Source: a candidate division WOR-3 bacterium (GTDB taxonomy: Bacteria > Hydrothermota > Tepidihabitantia > SM23-42 > JAOAFX01). From it: DNA of 64,000 nucleotides. Position 1 is the stretch's first letter. Each line of letters opens with the position of its first letter. Positions 54,777-64,000 of this stretch are shown here, piece after piece. Below the pieces are notes generated by a model. That model had not been told where the DNA came from, searched no databases, and worked only from the letters and a program-made list of their open reading frames with translations. The stretch covers positions 3,549 to 67,548 of the forward strand of contig JBDRVV010000009.1 in assembly GCA_039802005.1 (NCBI GenBank), written 5' to 3'. The position numbers were made by a program, and so were the translations under genes.

Positions 54777-55802
54777 TCAAAGTTTTTTTATGAATTCTAT
54801 AACAAGACGGGCAGTCCGCTCAATATCCTTCAGACAGACCACCTCTATTGGCGTATGCATATAGCGAAGCGGTATACCCAGAACACAGGTGGGAATTCCT
54901 TCTTTATTAAACGCAATCGCATCTGCATCGGTGCCAGTATAACTCGGCAGGGGTTCAATCTGGTATGGAATCTCTTTGGATTGGGCACTTTCAGTAAGAA
55001 GTTTGTATAATTTTTGCGGAATTGTTGCACCACGTGCGATAACCGGCCCTTTATTCAAACTGAAGTATTCACCCTCTGAAAGCCCAGGATATTCGCCATG
55101 TGTAACATCAATCACCACACAATAATCAGGACTCAAACGGTATGAATGAATTCTTGCTCCAAGTCCAGAAAATTCTTCCTGATTTGTAGCCACAAAATGT
55201 AAATTAACAGGGGAACCGAGTTCTGAAAGTTCGCGCAGAACAAGGATAGCACAGGCAATGCTCGAACGATTATCAAGTGCTTTAGCACTTCTAAAATCAC
55301 CCTGTAGTTTATTATAATATCCTGCAAAACATATAAAATCACCAATATCCACAAATTTTTTTAATACTTCAGGTTTCAATCCTGTGTCAATAAAGAGTTT
55401 ATCAGTAGTCATTACCTTATTTACTTCTTCTTTTTTCATTAAATGTGGTGGTTTGGCACCTACATAACCTTTTATTTCTTTTTTTCCAAGAATGACAACT
55501 TCCTGTCCGGGTAAAATTCTGTCGTCACAGCCACCAACCTGTTTGAATCTAATAAAGCCATTATCTTCAATACTACTAACAATAAAGCCAATTTCATCAA
55601 TATGGCAGGCAAGCATTACATTTACATTTCTCATTCCTTTGATTAATCCATAGACACTGCCGTCAGGAAAGTTTCTTGCATCATCAGTGTAAGGTTTTAT
55701 CTCACCAACAAGTATATCTTTTATCTCACCTGCATAACCAATCCCATTTGCCTTGCATAATTTTTCTAAAATTTCATCAAGATATGTTGAATTATTATTC
55801 AT
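54777..55802 (-). CDS. M42 family aminopeptidase
   Basis: HIDEIG, ALDNR, QEE, IDVT, GTDAD, RYMHTP. Confidence 0.9.
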   Translation of the reverse strand: MNNNSTYLDEILEKLCKANGIGYAGEIKDILVGEIKPYTDDARNFPDGSVYGLIKGMRNVNVMLACHIDEIGFIVSSIEDNGFIRFKQVGGCDDRILPGQEVVILGKKEIKGYVGAKPPHLMKKEEVNKVMTTDKLFIDTGLKPEVLKKFVDIGDFICFAGYYNKLQGDFRSAKALDNRSSIACAILVLRELSELGSPVNLHFVATNQEEFSGLGARIHSYRLSPDYCVVIDVTHGEYPGLSEGEYFSLNKGPVIARGATIPQKLYKLLTESAQSKEIPYQIEPLPSYTGTDADAIAFNKEGIPTCVLGIPLRYMHTPIEVVCLKDIERTARLVIEFIKKL

Positions 55803-56428
55803 TTTACCTGCCCACCTTTCACTTTTTGTTCTTCAGTTTCTATAAGACTATCGGCGGATTCAACCGCGGTGCCGAATACAAGATTACCTGTTTCAGATTG
55901 TATCATTGAAACAACCTTAACATCCACATTCCGATTTATATACTTCGCACCATTTTCCACTATCACTTTTACGCCTTCAATATAACCCACCCCTTCATTA
56001 GAATTTAATCCCTTTTTAATTATCCTTACCGAAATTATTCTACCCGGATAGAAAATTGGTGTAAGAATGCGGTAAAGTTCTTTTATATTGATAATACGCA
56101 GTTCAGGAAATGATTTGATATAGAATTCGTAACCATCGGATGCAGTTATGACCTTGGCTTTCCTGCGTTCGGCAGTTTTCAAAACACACTCTTCTTCCAC
56201 AACACCATCAACATTTTTATCTACAAATTCAACACTTGCAAATTTTTTGAGATTATTGATTATTTTATCTGCCTCAACTCCAATTTTTCGACGGACGACG
56301 ATTCTAACGAGATAAGGTATTATCACCTTACCTTCAAAAAATTTCTTTTCAAAAAGGTTGACAATACGTCCATCAATAATGCATGATGAATCAAGAACAA
56401 ATCTCTCTTCTTTCTTAAAAAACAACAT
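55799..56428 (-). CDS. PIN/TRAM domain protein (YacL-like, no N-terminal TM region)
   Basis: VLDSSCIIDGRI; TRAM GVGY..GVKVIVENG; downstream of radA. Confidence 0.8.
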   Translation of the reverse strand: MLFFKKEERFVLDSSCIIDGRIVNLFEKKFFEGKVIIPYLVRIVVRRKIGVEADKIINNLKKFASVEFVDKNVDGVVEEECVLKTAERRKAKVITASDGYEFYIKSFPELRIINIKELYRILTPIFYPGRIISVRIIKKGLNSNEGVGYIEGVKVIVENGAKYINRNVDVKVVSMIQSETGNLVFGTAVESADSLIETEEQKVKGGQVK

Positions 56429-56444
56429 TCAGAACCCCCTTGTC

Positions 56445-57773
56445 TCAGGTAGAAAAAATTGCCGAAACTGCTTCATTCACTTCACTCACCTGCATTACAT
56501 TTATTTGTAAATTGTTCGGTAATTTATTTTTTGCAGGTGCAATTGCGGTTTTGAACCCAAGTCTCTCTGCTTCTCTTAATCTCATATCAATCCCGAAAAC
56601 TGGTCTGACTTCACCACAGAGTCCCACCTCACCAACCACCAGTAATGTCTTACTTACTGGCTTATTTTTTATAGATGAAGCGATAGCAAGGATTATACCT
56701 AAATCGCTTGAAGGCTCATTAACTTTAATACCACCGGCAACATTGACAAAACAATCAAGTCCATAGGCATTTATACCAACACGCCTTTCCAGAACAGCAA
56801 GCAACATTGATAATCTTTTATAATCTACGCCCGTCGTAACACGCTGGGGGTAGTTAAAAAATGTGGGACTCGTCAATGCCTGGACCTCAACTAAAAATGG
56901 CCTTGAACCCTCGATCACTGAGACAATAACCGCACCCGGAGCCATTATATCTGAGATAAATATGCTTGATGGATTCTCAACCCCCTTAAGGCCGCTGTCC
57001 GTCATCTCAAAGATACCAAGTTCATTTGTTGCACCAAACCTATTTTTTATTGCCCTTAAAATTCTGAACTGACCTTCTTTGTCGCCTTCAAAATACAAAA
57101 CTGTATCAACGATATGTTCCAGTGTCTTGGGTCCGGCAATGACTCCAAATTTTGTTACATGTCCGATTATCACTGTCGTAATATTATATGCCTTGGCAAA
57201 TCTCATTATATCACCACCACATTCCCGAACTTGGGCTACACTTCCCGGTGCAGAAGATATTTCTGATTTATAAATGGTCTGAATTGAATCAATGACCATC
57301 AAATCTGGTTTTACCTCTTCGGCAACACTGAGGATTGAATTTAGTTCGGTCTCGGCGAGGATGCTGATATTATCTGCACTCATACCAAGCCTTTCTGCCC
57401 GTAGTCTAATTTGCGAAGAAGATTCCTCTCCACTTACATAGAGAATCTTGCCGCCATTTTTGCTAACAAAATCCGAAATCTGTAGCATTAATGTAGACTT
57501 ACCAATTCCCGGATCACCACCCAGAAGAATTAGAGAACCTGAAACAAGTCCACCGCCGAGGACTCGATCCATTTCACCTATGCCTACGGAACGACGCCGG
57601 TAATCCTCATAAGGCACAGACGAAAGCACAACAGGCTTTACCTTCTTTGCAGCAGTCTCAACTTTATCAACTCTTTCTTCAACCATTGTATTAAAGGCGC
57701 CACAGTTTGGACACCGGCCCAGCCACTTAGGTGAAACCGCACCACAATCCTGACAGACAAACCTGCTCTTCAT
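56445..57773 (-). CDS. radA: DNA repair protein RadA/Sms
   Basis: CQDCG...CPNC, GGDPGIGKST, KNRFG. Confidence 0.97.
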   Translation of the reverse strand: MKSRFVCQDCGAVSPKWLGRCPNCGAFNTMVEERVDKVETAAKKVKPVVLSSVPYEDYRRRSVGIGEMDRVLGGGLVSGSLILLGGDPGIGKSTLMLQISDFVSKNGGKILYVSGEESSSQIRLRAERLGMSADNISILAETELNSILSVAEEVKPDLMVIDSIQTIYKSEISSAPGSVAQVRECGGDIMRFAKAYNITTVIIGHVTKFGVIAGPKTLEHIVDTVLYFEGDKEGQFRILRAIKNRFGATNELGIFEMTDSGLKGVENPSSIFISDIMAPGAVIVSVIEGSRPFLVEVQALTSPTFFNYPQRVTTGVDYKRLSMLLAVLERRVGINAYGLDCFVNVAGGIKVNEPSSDLGIILAIASSIKNKPVSKTLLVVGEVGLCGEVRPVFGIDMRLREAERLGFKTAIAPAKNKLPNNLQINVMQVSEVNEAVSAIFST

Positions 57774-57831
57774 AAAAAACCCAGATACCTAAAATTTTTC
57801 AGGCAATGCAGGATTGAATCTTTAGGCATTT

Positions 57832-58572
57832 TTAAAATACCTTTATCTCCAAATATTTTTTGGGATTTGCCTTTATATCTTCAATCAATGACTTCAAAGC
57901 CTGATTGGTTTCCCTGATTTCTTCATAAAGTTCATCAGACTCTACAAGTTTCGCTACAGTTCCCTGTTTCTGCAGGAGTGCATTTAACGAATCAAGAAGC
58001 ACACCCAATTTCAATGCGATCAATCCCAACTGGTCTTTAGGTTCCTTTATCATTTCTTTCAATTCCTTGATATTTTTATCCAGCATATTGGTAAACCTAT
58101 CACCAATATTACCGAGATCCGGAAGTTTTAAGTTATTAAACAGATTGCTCAAACTATCAAGTTTTGTTGCCACAAGTTCAATATCAAATGACGCATTATA
58201 ACCATAGTAATATTCAGGAATTACTCCGCTCTTTCCTGGTACGATTTTTATATAACGGTCAGAACCAAGATAACTTACAAGTCGAATAGAAATCTTTGAA
58301 TCGTCGTAAAGCACAACTTCCGGTGCAAGTGCAAGAACAACCAGAACCTTATCACCTTGGAGCGACATTGATTTAACCTTTCCTTTCTCAATCCCGTATA
58401 TGATGACCGGGTCACCGGTTCTTAACCAGGTGACATCATCAAAATAAACCTTAATCTCCTTGGTGTGATGCAGTGAGAATTTTCCTGAAAGAAGTATATA
58501 AAATATAATAAAAAGTATCACACCAAGCGTAATATAAACACCAACTAATGTTCTTTTAATTTTGTTATCCAT
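57832..58572 (-). CDS. mlaD: MlaD/MCE-family protein
   Basis: N-terminal TM, FDDV..L..GDPV...G...G.V, helical tail; follows mlaE/mlaF. Confidence 0.85.
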   Translation of the reverse strand: MDNKIKRTLVGVYITLGVILFIIFYILLSGKFSLHHTKEIKVYFDDVTWLRTGDPVIIYGIEKGKVKSMSLQGDKVLVVLALAPEVVLYDDSKISIRLVSYLGSDRYIKIVPGKSGVIPEYYYGYNASFDIELVATKLDSLSNLFNNLKLPDLGNIGDRFTNMLDKNIKELKEMIKEPKDQLGLIALKLGVLLDSLNALLQKQGTVAKLVESDELYEEIRETNQALKSLIEDIKANPKKYLEIKVF

Positions 58573-59251
58573 AAATTCCTTTCTCAATCCTTTCCAATCT
58601 TTTAATCTGTCCATCTTTTAACATATAAATCACATCGCCAACTGTCCGGGCTGTCTCAAGGTCATGAGTAACAACAATCCCGCTTTTTTTAAATTCTTTC
58701 TTTAAATTCGCAATCAAGGATACTATCCGGTCGCGCATAATCGGATCAAGCCCGGTTGTGGGCTCATCATAAAAAAGATAACGGGGTTCGAGGGCAAGTG
58801 CCCGGGCAATTGAAACAAGCCTTTTCATCCCACCTGATAAAGCATTAGGATATAATTTCTCCCTGCCCGGCAATCCTACTATCTCCAATAATGTCTTAAC
58901 CTTTTCTTTTACTTCCCTATCCGATATCCTGGTATGCTCAAAAAGGGGCAAAGCAACATTCTCATAAACATTCATTGAATCAAACAGTGCACTGCTCTGA
59001 AAAATAAAACCAACAGTTCTCCTTATTTCATATACTTCCTTAATGTCGGCTGTCAAAATGTTCCGCCCATCAAAATAAACCGCTCCACTATCCACTGGTA
59101 ATAAGCGAAGTATTGATTTTAAAAGAACCGTCTTACCTGTTCCTGATGGTCCTAAAACAACTACGAGATTCGCATCCTCAACAGTAAAACTCACATCCTT
59201 CAAAACATAATGCCCATCAAATTGTTTTGTCAAATTTTTTATCTCTATCAT
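58565..59251 (-). CDS. mlaF: MlaF-like ABC ATPase
   Basis: GPSGTGKT, LSGGMKR, YDEPTTGLDP. Confidence 0.88.
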   Translation of the reverse strand: MIEIKNLTKQFDGHYVLKDVSFTVEDANLVVVLGPSGTGKTVLLKSILRLLPVDSGAVYFDGRNILTADIKEVYEIRRTVGFIFQSSALFDSMNVYENVALPLFEHTRISDREVKEKVKTLLEIVGLPGREKLYPNALSGGMKRLVSIARALALEPRYLFYDEPTTGLDPIMRDRIVSLIANLKKEFKKSGIVVTHDLETARTVGDVIYMLKDGQIKRLERIEKGIYG

Positions 59252-59988
59252 TATCCAAACACAAGGAGGGCAACAATAAAATCTAAAATCAAAATCAAAA
59301 CACAGGCAGTAACAACTGCATAGGTAGCAGCCGCACCAACTTCTTTAGCACCACCCCTGACCTTAAACCCGAAATAGCAACCAGAGGTTGATATTGCGAA
59401 AGAGAACAAAATTGATTTTAGCAACCCACCAAATAGGTCGCGGTGATAAAAATTTCTCACCAGCCCATAATTATAAACACTGAGCGGAACATTCAAAAAT
59501 GTATGGGCATATAATCCACCAGTATAAATTGCTACAAATTCAGAAAAAACGGTTAGAATTGGTAGTGAAATGAGTGTTCCCATAATCCTGGGGAAACCAA
59601 GAAATTGATATGGATTTATTGCCATTGATTCAAGGGCATCGATCTGTTCCGTAACCCTCATTGTCCCAATTTCTGCTGCCATTGCTGATGCACATCTTCC
59701 ACTAACGATCAAACCAGTAAGTATTGGTCCGAGTTCAATTAAGACCATTCTACCCACCACTGCACCAAGAAAATATCTGGGCAGTATACCAAGTAATTGG
59801 TATGACAACTGAACGGTTGTGACCAGACCAAGAAATGCAGAGATAAGAATAATGATGGGCAGTGAACCAATACCCACACTATCAATCTGCTCAAGAATTC
59901 TTATCTTGTGCTTGCGAAAGTTCCAGCGAAAAAAGAAACTTCGCAAAAATGATTCAGCATAGTCTGCAATATTGCTAAAAAGGCTCAA
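59251..59988 (-). CDS. mlaE: MlaE-like ABC permease
   Basis: ELGP.LTG..V.GR..SA.AAEIGTM.VTEQIDAL. Confidence 0.92.
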   Translation of the reverse strand: MSLFSNIADYAESFLRSFFFRWNFRKHKIRILEQIDSVGIGSLPIIILISAFLGLVTTVQLSYQLLGILPRYFLGAVVGRMVLIELGPILTGLIVSGRCASAMAAEIGTMRVTEQIDALESMAINPYQFLGFPRIMGTLISLPILTVFSEFVAIYTGGLYAHTFLNVPLSVYNYGLVRNFYHRDLFGGLLKSILFSFAISTSGCYFGFKVRGGAKEVGAAATYAVVTACVLILILDFIVALLVFG

Positions 59989-61348
59989 AATCCTCCACCT
60001 CCGAAACTATAGAACCAGGTGCAAGGTTTGTAAATCTTGTAAACTCTTTTTGAAAACCGAGTTCAATCCTGCCCGTAGGTCCGTTCCTCTGTTTTGCTAC
60101 ATCAATCTCTGCTTTCCCTTTGGTATCAGGATCATCGGGATGATAAAATTCGTGGCGATAAATAAATATTACCACATCTGCATCCTGTTCAAGCGCACCA
60201 CTTTCCCTTAAATCCGCAAGTCTTGGTCTGTGATCTCCTACCCGGTGTTCGGGCATTCTTGAAAGTTGGGATACAACGGCAACTGGAACATCCAGTTCTT
60301 TTGCCAATGCCTTCAATGAACGAGAAATCTCTGAAATTTCCTGTTGACGGGAAACCGCCTGTTTTATCCCCGGACTACCAGCAATCATCTGGAGATAATC
60401 TATAATAATAAGTTGAATATCATAATCAACTTTCAACCTTCTTGCCTTCGTCTTTAATTCCAGCATTGTTAGAGAAGCACTATCATCTATGAATATTGGC
60501 GCACGGTCTAAGTTCCCGGCTGCAGTTGCAAGATTAACCCAGTCCTGGTCTGTAAGAATGTTACGCCGCAAATTTCTCAAATTAACTCCTGCTTCACTAC
60601 ATAACATTCTTTGGGTCAAACTTTCGGCAGACATTTCAAGAGAAAATATTGCTATAGGCACATTATTTTTTATTGCGGCAAAGGCAGCAATATTGAGAGC
60701 GAATGCCGTCTTTCCCATACTCGGCCTTCCAGCAATAATAATAAAATCGCCTTTCTGAAAACCCGAGGTTAATTCATCTAATGCAAAAAATCCTGTTTCA
60801 ACACCAGTAACTAATCTTGCCCCCCGCATTCGCTCGGCTGTCTCAAGTATATTTGTAACAAAAAACTTTATCGGCATGGGGTCCTTGCGCAATCCTCTTT
60901 CTTTTATCTGGAATATTAGATTCTGAGCAATGTCAACCATTTCCGCAGCGCTTTGTACATCTTCAAAAGCGTTCTTTAAAATATCCATAGAAGATCTAAT
61001 CAGTGTCCTTTTTATTGCCTTATCAAGAACAACGCGGGCGTGATGTTCTACATTTGCGGTGGTAATCACACTGGCAACAATATTTGAAAGATAATCTGCG
61101 CCTCCTATGTCTTCAAGCATTTTATTCTTTCTTAACCAGTCGGTAACAGTAACAAGGTCGGGGGTGACATTATGATTATATAAATCAGCAATCGCACGAA
61201 AAATTTTTTGATTTGCCGGCGAATAAAAATGTTCTTCTTTTAAGATTTCGAGAATTTTAACAACTGCTGATTCATCAAGGAGCGCGGAACCGAGGACTGA
61301 TTCTTCGGCTTCAAGAGAATGTGGTGGGACTCTTTTATCTTCAAACAT
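59975..61348 (-). CDS. dnaB: Replicative DNA helicase
   Basis: PPHSLEAE, GRPSMGKT, IIDYLQ, LRESGALEQDAD, KQRNGP. Confidence 0.97.
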   Translation of the reverse strand: MFEDKRVPPHSLEAEESVLGSALLDESAVVKILEILKEEHFYSPANQKIFRAIADLYNHNVTPDLVTVTDWLRKNKMLEDIGGADYLSNIVASVITTANVEHHARVVLDKAIKRTLIRSSMDILKNAFEDVQSAAEMVDIAQNLIFQIKERGLRKDPMPIKFFVTNILETAERMRGARLVTGVETGFFALDELTSGFQKGDFIIIAGRPSMGKTAFALNIAAFAAIKNNVPIAIFSLEMSAESLTQRMLCSEAGVNLRNLRRNILTDQDWVNLATAAGNLDRAPIFIDDSASLTMLELKTKARRLKVDYDIQLIIIDYLQMIAGSPGIKQAVSRQQEISEISRSLKALAKELDVPVAVVSQLSRMPEHRVGDHRPRLADLRESGALEQDADVVIFIYRHEFYHPDDPDTKGKAEIDVAKQRNGPTGRIELGFQKEFTRFTNLAPGSIVSEVEDFEPF

Positions 61349-61351
61349 TTT

Positions 61352-62503
61352 CTATTCTTCAACAATTAAATCAAGAATACGATTTGCTATCTCCCATTTC
61401 GTCATTGTTCCCAATTCTGTAATTTTTCCATTCTTTGTTAATATGGTTACAGAAGTAGTTTCTTTCCCGATAACCGAAACTGGATTGGAAATAATATAAT
61501 CGAGTCCCTTTTCCTTCAATTTTTCCCGGGCTCTTTTTAATACATTTTTATCCTCTACAGAAAAACCGATAAATGTTTTATTTTTCTTATAACTTCTCAT
61601 TGATTGCAAAATGTCAATATTCTTTTTTAAATCCAATCTCAAAGAATCAGAGTGAATCTTTGTCTCACACAACTTTAAAGGTTTATAATCACCAACTGCA
61701 GCACTCATTATTAGAGTATCCGTCCATTCAATGTGTTTTTTCAATGTTTGCAACATTTCTTCTGATGTCCTCACCCTGAATATACCCGGCTCATCAGGCA
61801 CTGAAACGCTCGTCTGTCCAATAATCAACCTGACATCTCCATCCCTGCACTTTGCTGCCTCATACAATTCAAGTGCCATAATTCCTGAAGAACGATTTGT
61901 AATAACCCGGACCGAATCAATATCTTCTTCTGTTCTCCCACCGGTTATGAGAATCTTTTTATCGGCAAGTGTTTTGTATCCAGCAGCACAAACAATTATT
62001 TTTTTATAAATTCTATCCAATTTGGGAAATCTTCCTTTACCAACCTTGCCTGAAGCAAGCGCCCCTGAATCTGGTTCAAGAAAATAATATCCGTTTTTTT
62101 TCAGTTTTTTTAAATTATCCTGGACAATCCGGTTATTCCACATTCCTGTATCCATCGCAGGTACAAAAAGCACCGGCTTCTGAAAAGAGATTATCGTTGT
62201 AGAAAGTAAATCATCTCCTATCCCTGCTGCTGTCTTACCAATGATATTTGCGGTGGCAGGTGCAATTACTAATATGTCAGCCCAATCATTTAGTGAAATG
62301 TGTTTAATCCCCTTTGTTAGAACAAATTGGTCAATATAAACTTCGTTATCAGAAAGTGTCTGGCAGGTAAGTGGGGTAACGAATTCAAGAGCAGATTTTG
62401 TAAGTACTACCTTTACTTCGTTACCATTACGCCTCAAAAGTCTGATAAGTTCTAATGCCTTATACCCAGCAATAGAACCAGTTATTCCTAAAACGACCTT
62501 CAC
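61352..62503 (-). CDS. coaBC: Phosphopantothenoylcysteine decarboxylase/ligase
   Basis: GITGSIA, APATAN, PAM, TGG.T.E.ID.VR.ITNRSSG, AAVGDY. Confidence 0.95.
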   Translation of the reverse strand: MKVVLGITGSIAGYKALELIRLLRRNGNEVKVVLTKSALEFVTPLTCQTLSDNEVYIDQFVLTKGIKHISLNDWADILVIAPATANIIGKTAAGIGDDLLSTTIISFQKPVLFVPAMDTGMWNNRIVQDNLKKLKKNGYYFLEPDSGALASGKVGKGRFPKLDRIYKKIIVCAAGYKTLADKKILITGGRTEEDIDSVRVITNRSSGIMALELYEAAKCRDGDVRLIIGQTSVSVPDEPGIFRVRTSEEMLQTLKKHIEWTDTLIMSAAVGDYKPLKLCETKIHSDSLRLDLKKNIDILQSMRSYKKNKTFIGFSVEDKNVLKRAREKLKEKGLDYIISNPVSVIGKETTSVTILTKNGKITELGTMTKWEIANRILDLIVEE

Positions 62504-62691
62504 TCTTTATATTTATATTTTATAACACCTGCAGAACACTTAATCAATGCTTCCCTGATTGGACTAACTTTACTATCTACCAAGTGCTGTCCCTGCTCAT
62601 CCTTTATCTTTCGTGCATAAAGTGCAGCAATATTTATTGCCTTGTATTTATTTTTATAATGTTTCCAGATATTCTCTATGGGAAATATCAT
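62500..62691 (-). CDS. rpoZ: RNA polymerase omega subunit-like
   Basis: NKY.....AA..AR.I motif, size, conserved position upstream of coaBC. Confidence 0.7.
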   Translation of the reverse strand: MIFPIENIWKHYKNKYKAINIAALYARKIKDEQGQHLVDSKVSPIREALIKCSAGVIKYKYKE

Positions 62692-62778
62692 AAACCTCCT
62701 TTTTTCTCAATTATTCGTTAATCCCAGTTCAATCATGAAAAAACCTAAAGTTTTCGTTCCCTATATAAATAATATTAT

Positions 62779-62806
62779 ATTATATGGAAATAGTTATCAA
62801 TGTCAA
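62779..62806 (-). promoter_or_regulatory. Sigma70-like promoter TTGACA-N16-TATAAT
   Basis: Perfect hexamers read directly. Confidence 0.75.
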
Positions 62807-62838
62807 GAAAAACATTATTCAGTTCCCTGGGTTATCTA

Positions 62839-63348
62839 TTAATATTCTATTCCTTTCCGTGCCTTAACGCCTTGCTGGAAATAATGCTTTACTTCTATGA
62901 TTTCGCTTATCAAGTCGGCGTAATCCTGTAATTCTTCAGGCATATATCTACCAGTTATAATTATCTCTATTTTCTTTGGTGTCTTCTTTAACAATTCAAC
63001 AACTTCTTTAACAGAAATCAATCCATAATCTACTGCCACATTCAGCTCATCAAGAATAATAATATCGTATTTTTTACTTTTTATCAATTCTTTTGCCCTT
63101 TCAAACCCCTTTTTTGCTAATTCAATATCTATTTTTGCAGGATTATCTTTGTCAACAAAATCCGGCCTGCCGTATTGTTCAATTTTAAAATTTTTTAAAA
63201 GTTTTGCTGATTTCAGTTCGCCATAATTTATCTTTCCCTTCATAAACTGAATCATTATAACCTTTTTCCCGTGCCCCACTGCACGCATAGCAATCCCCAA
63301 TGCTGCAGTCGTCTTTCCTTTACCATTGCCGGTATATATCTGAATCAT
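62839..63348 (-). CDS. cobO: Cob(I)alamin adenosyltransferase (CobO/BtuR)
   Basis: IYTGNGKGKTTAALG, QFMKG, LDE, ITGR, GIEY. Confidence 0.95.
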   Translation of the reverse strand: MIQIYTGNGKGKTTAALGIAMRAVGHGKKVIMIQFMKGKINYGELKSAKLLKNFKIEQYGRPDFVDKDNPAKIDIELAKKGFERAKELIKSKKYDIIILDELNVAVDYGLISVKEVVELLKKTPKKIEIIITGRYMPEELQDYADLISEIIEVKHYFQQGVKARKGIEY

Positions 63349-63397
63349 ATGCTCTCCATTTTAAAATTAAACCACATCCTTTTGTGGCAAAGCCAAT

Positions 63398-63817
63398 CTA
63401 TATCTCAAGCAAATTCAAACCTGTATCAGAATCTTTTTTACGCACCATTTTTTTATCAAACGGCAAAACAATTATTTCTAATGTTGCTGGAACATAACCT
63501 GAAAATAAATGACCACCAAAGGCATTAAAGTTTTTATCAGTAATTGTAACATGGATATGAATAACCAGCTCTTTCTCAAAATAGGAAACATTACCAAGAA
63601 AGCTCGTAAATTCGTATTCGTCTTCAAAATGCTTTTCTATATAAGATTTCTTATGGGCATCAAAATAACCGAGTTTCAATCTCTCACCAACACCAAGACC
63701 ATAAAGAAATGCGCCTTTTAATTTTATCTTTTTTGCAAAAATTTTTATACTCTCAATTATTTCTTCACCTTTTTGTAATCGTAAAATATAATAATTTTGG
63801 TATTTCTTGTATGTCAT
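63398..63817 (-). CDS. PPC/DUF296 domain protein
   Basis: L..GE, G.G, HIHV, GGHL, TLEI; AAGGAG RBS before ATG 63817. Confidence 0.85.
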   Translation of the reverse strand: MTYKKYQNYYILRLQKGEEIIESIKIFAKKIKLKGAFLYGLGVGERLKLGYFDAHKKSYIEKHFEDEYEFTSFLGNVSYFEKELVIHIHVTITDKNFNAFGGHLFSGYVPATLEIIVLPFDKKMVRKKDSDTGLNLLEI

Positions 63818-64000
63818 AAGTTCTCCTTTTTTGCAGAGTAATCTATGCCACGACATTTCATTTTTTAATTAATCTTTTTGCAATACAATCCTTCGTAACC
63901 GGAAGAACACCGCCTTAGAACTTAATTATCACAATATTCACAAGAAAGTTCAAGGTTTGATTTCTTTAATAATCCTGCAATCTCCAGCCAGAACCTTATC

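Noticed and set aside
63349-63400. Cobalamin riboswitch upstream of cobO
   Set aside because: The intergenic gap is only ~50 nt and has no B12-box-like sequence
63922-64000. 3' end of a minus-strand gene at the window edge
   Set aside because: Two open frames (IRFWLEIAGLLKKSNLELSCEYCDN* and DKVLAGDCRIIKEIKP*) cannot be told apart in 79 nt

Overview
AT-rich bacterial chromosomal window in standard genetic code 11, from an anaerobe. Short signal peptides, a PorV-like gene and C-terminal sorting-type domains suggest a WOR-3/FCB-like candidate lineage (inference only). Contents in order: (1) an HdrCBA(-MvhD) heterodisulfide-reductase-like cluster, a second partial hdrC and a sigma54-linked two-component cascade; (2) housekeeping genes (yhaM, smc, ftsY, nth, tRNA-fMet, HU, mscL, mnmG, radA, mlaFED, dnaB, coaBC, rpoZ, cobO); (3) accessory secreted and membrane proteins. 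Two results stand out. First, two adjacent secreted-protein genes (26256-29705, minus strand) are each interrupted by a single in-frame TGA directly after a Cys codon and followed by a SECIS-like hairpin, predicting a pair of exported Cys-Sec selenoproteins in non-thioredoxin folds. Second, 18325-20931 encodes a circularly permuted enolase with its catalytic residues retained, fused to an N-terminal site-2-protease (M50)-like membrane domain. Other observations: sigma70-like promoters with a consistent 16-nt spacer, many apparently leaderless; a SigW-type promoter ahead of an orphan anti-sigma operon; a MITE with target-site duplication; GTAG-type REP clusters, one REP derivative sitting in-frame inside a gene; and small ORFs missed by the ORF track. 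No CRISPR array, rRNA, transposase or Sec machinery gene was seen.
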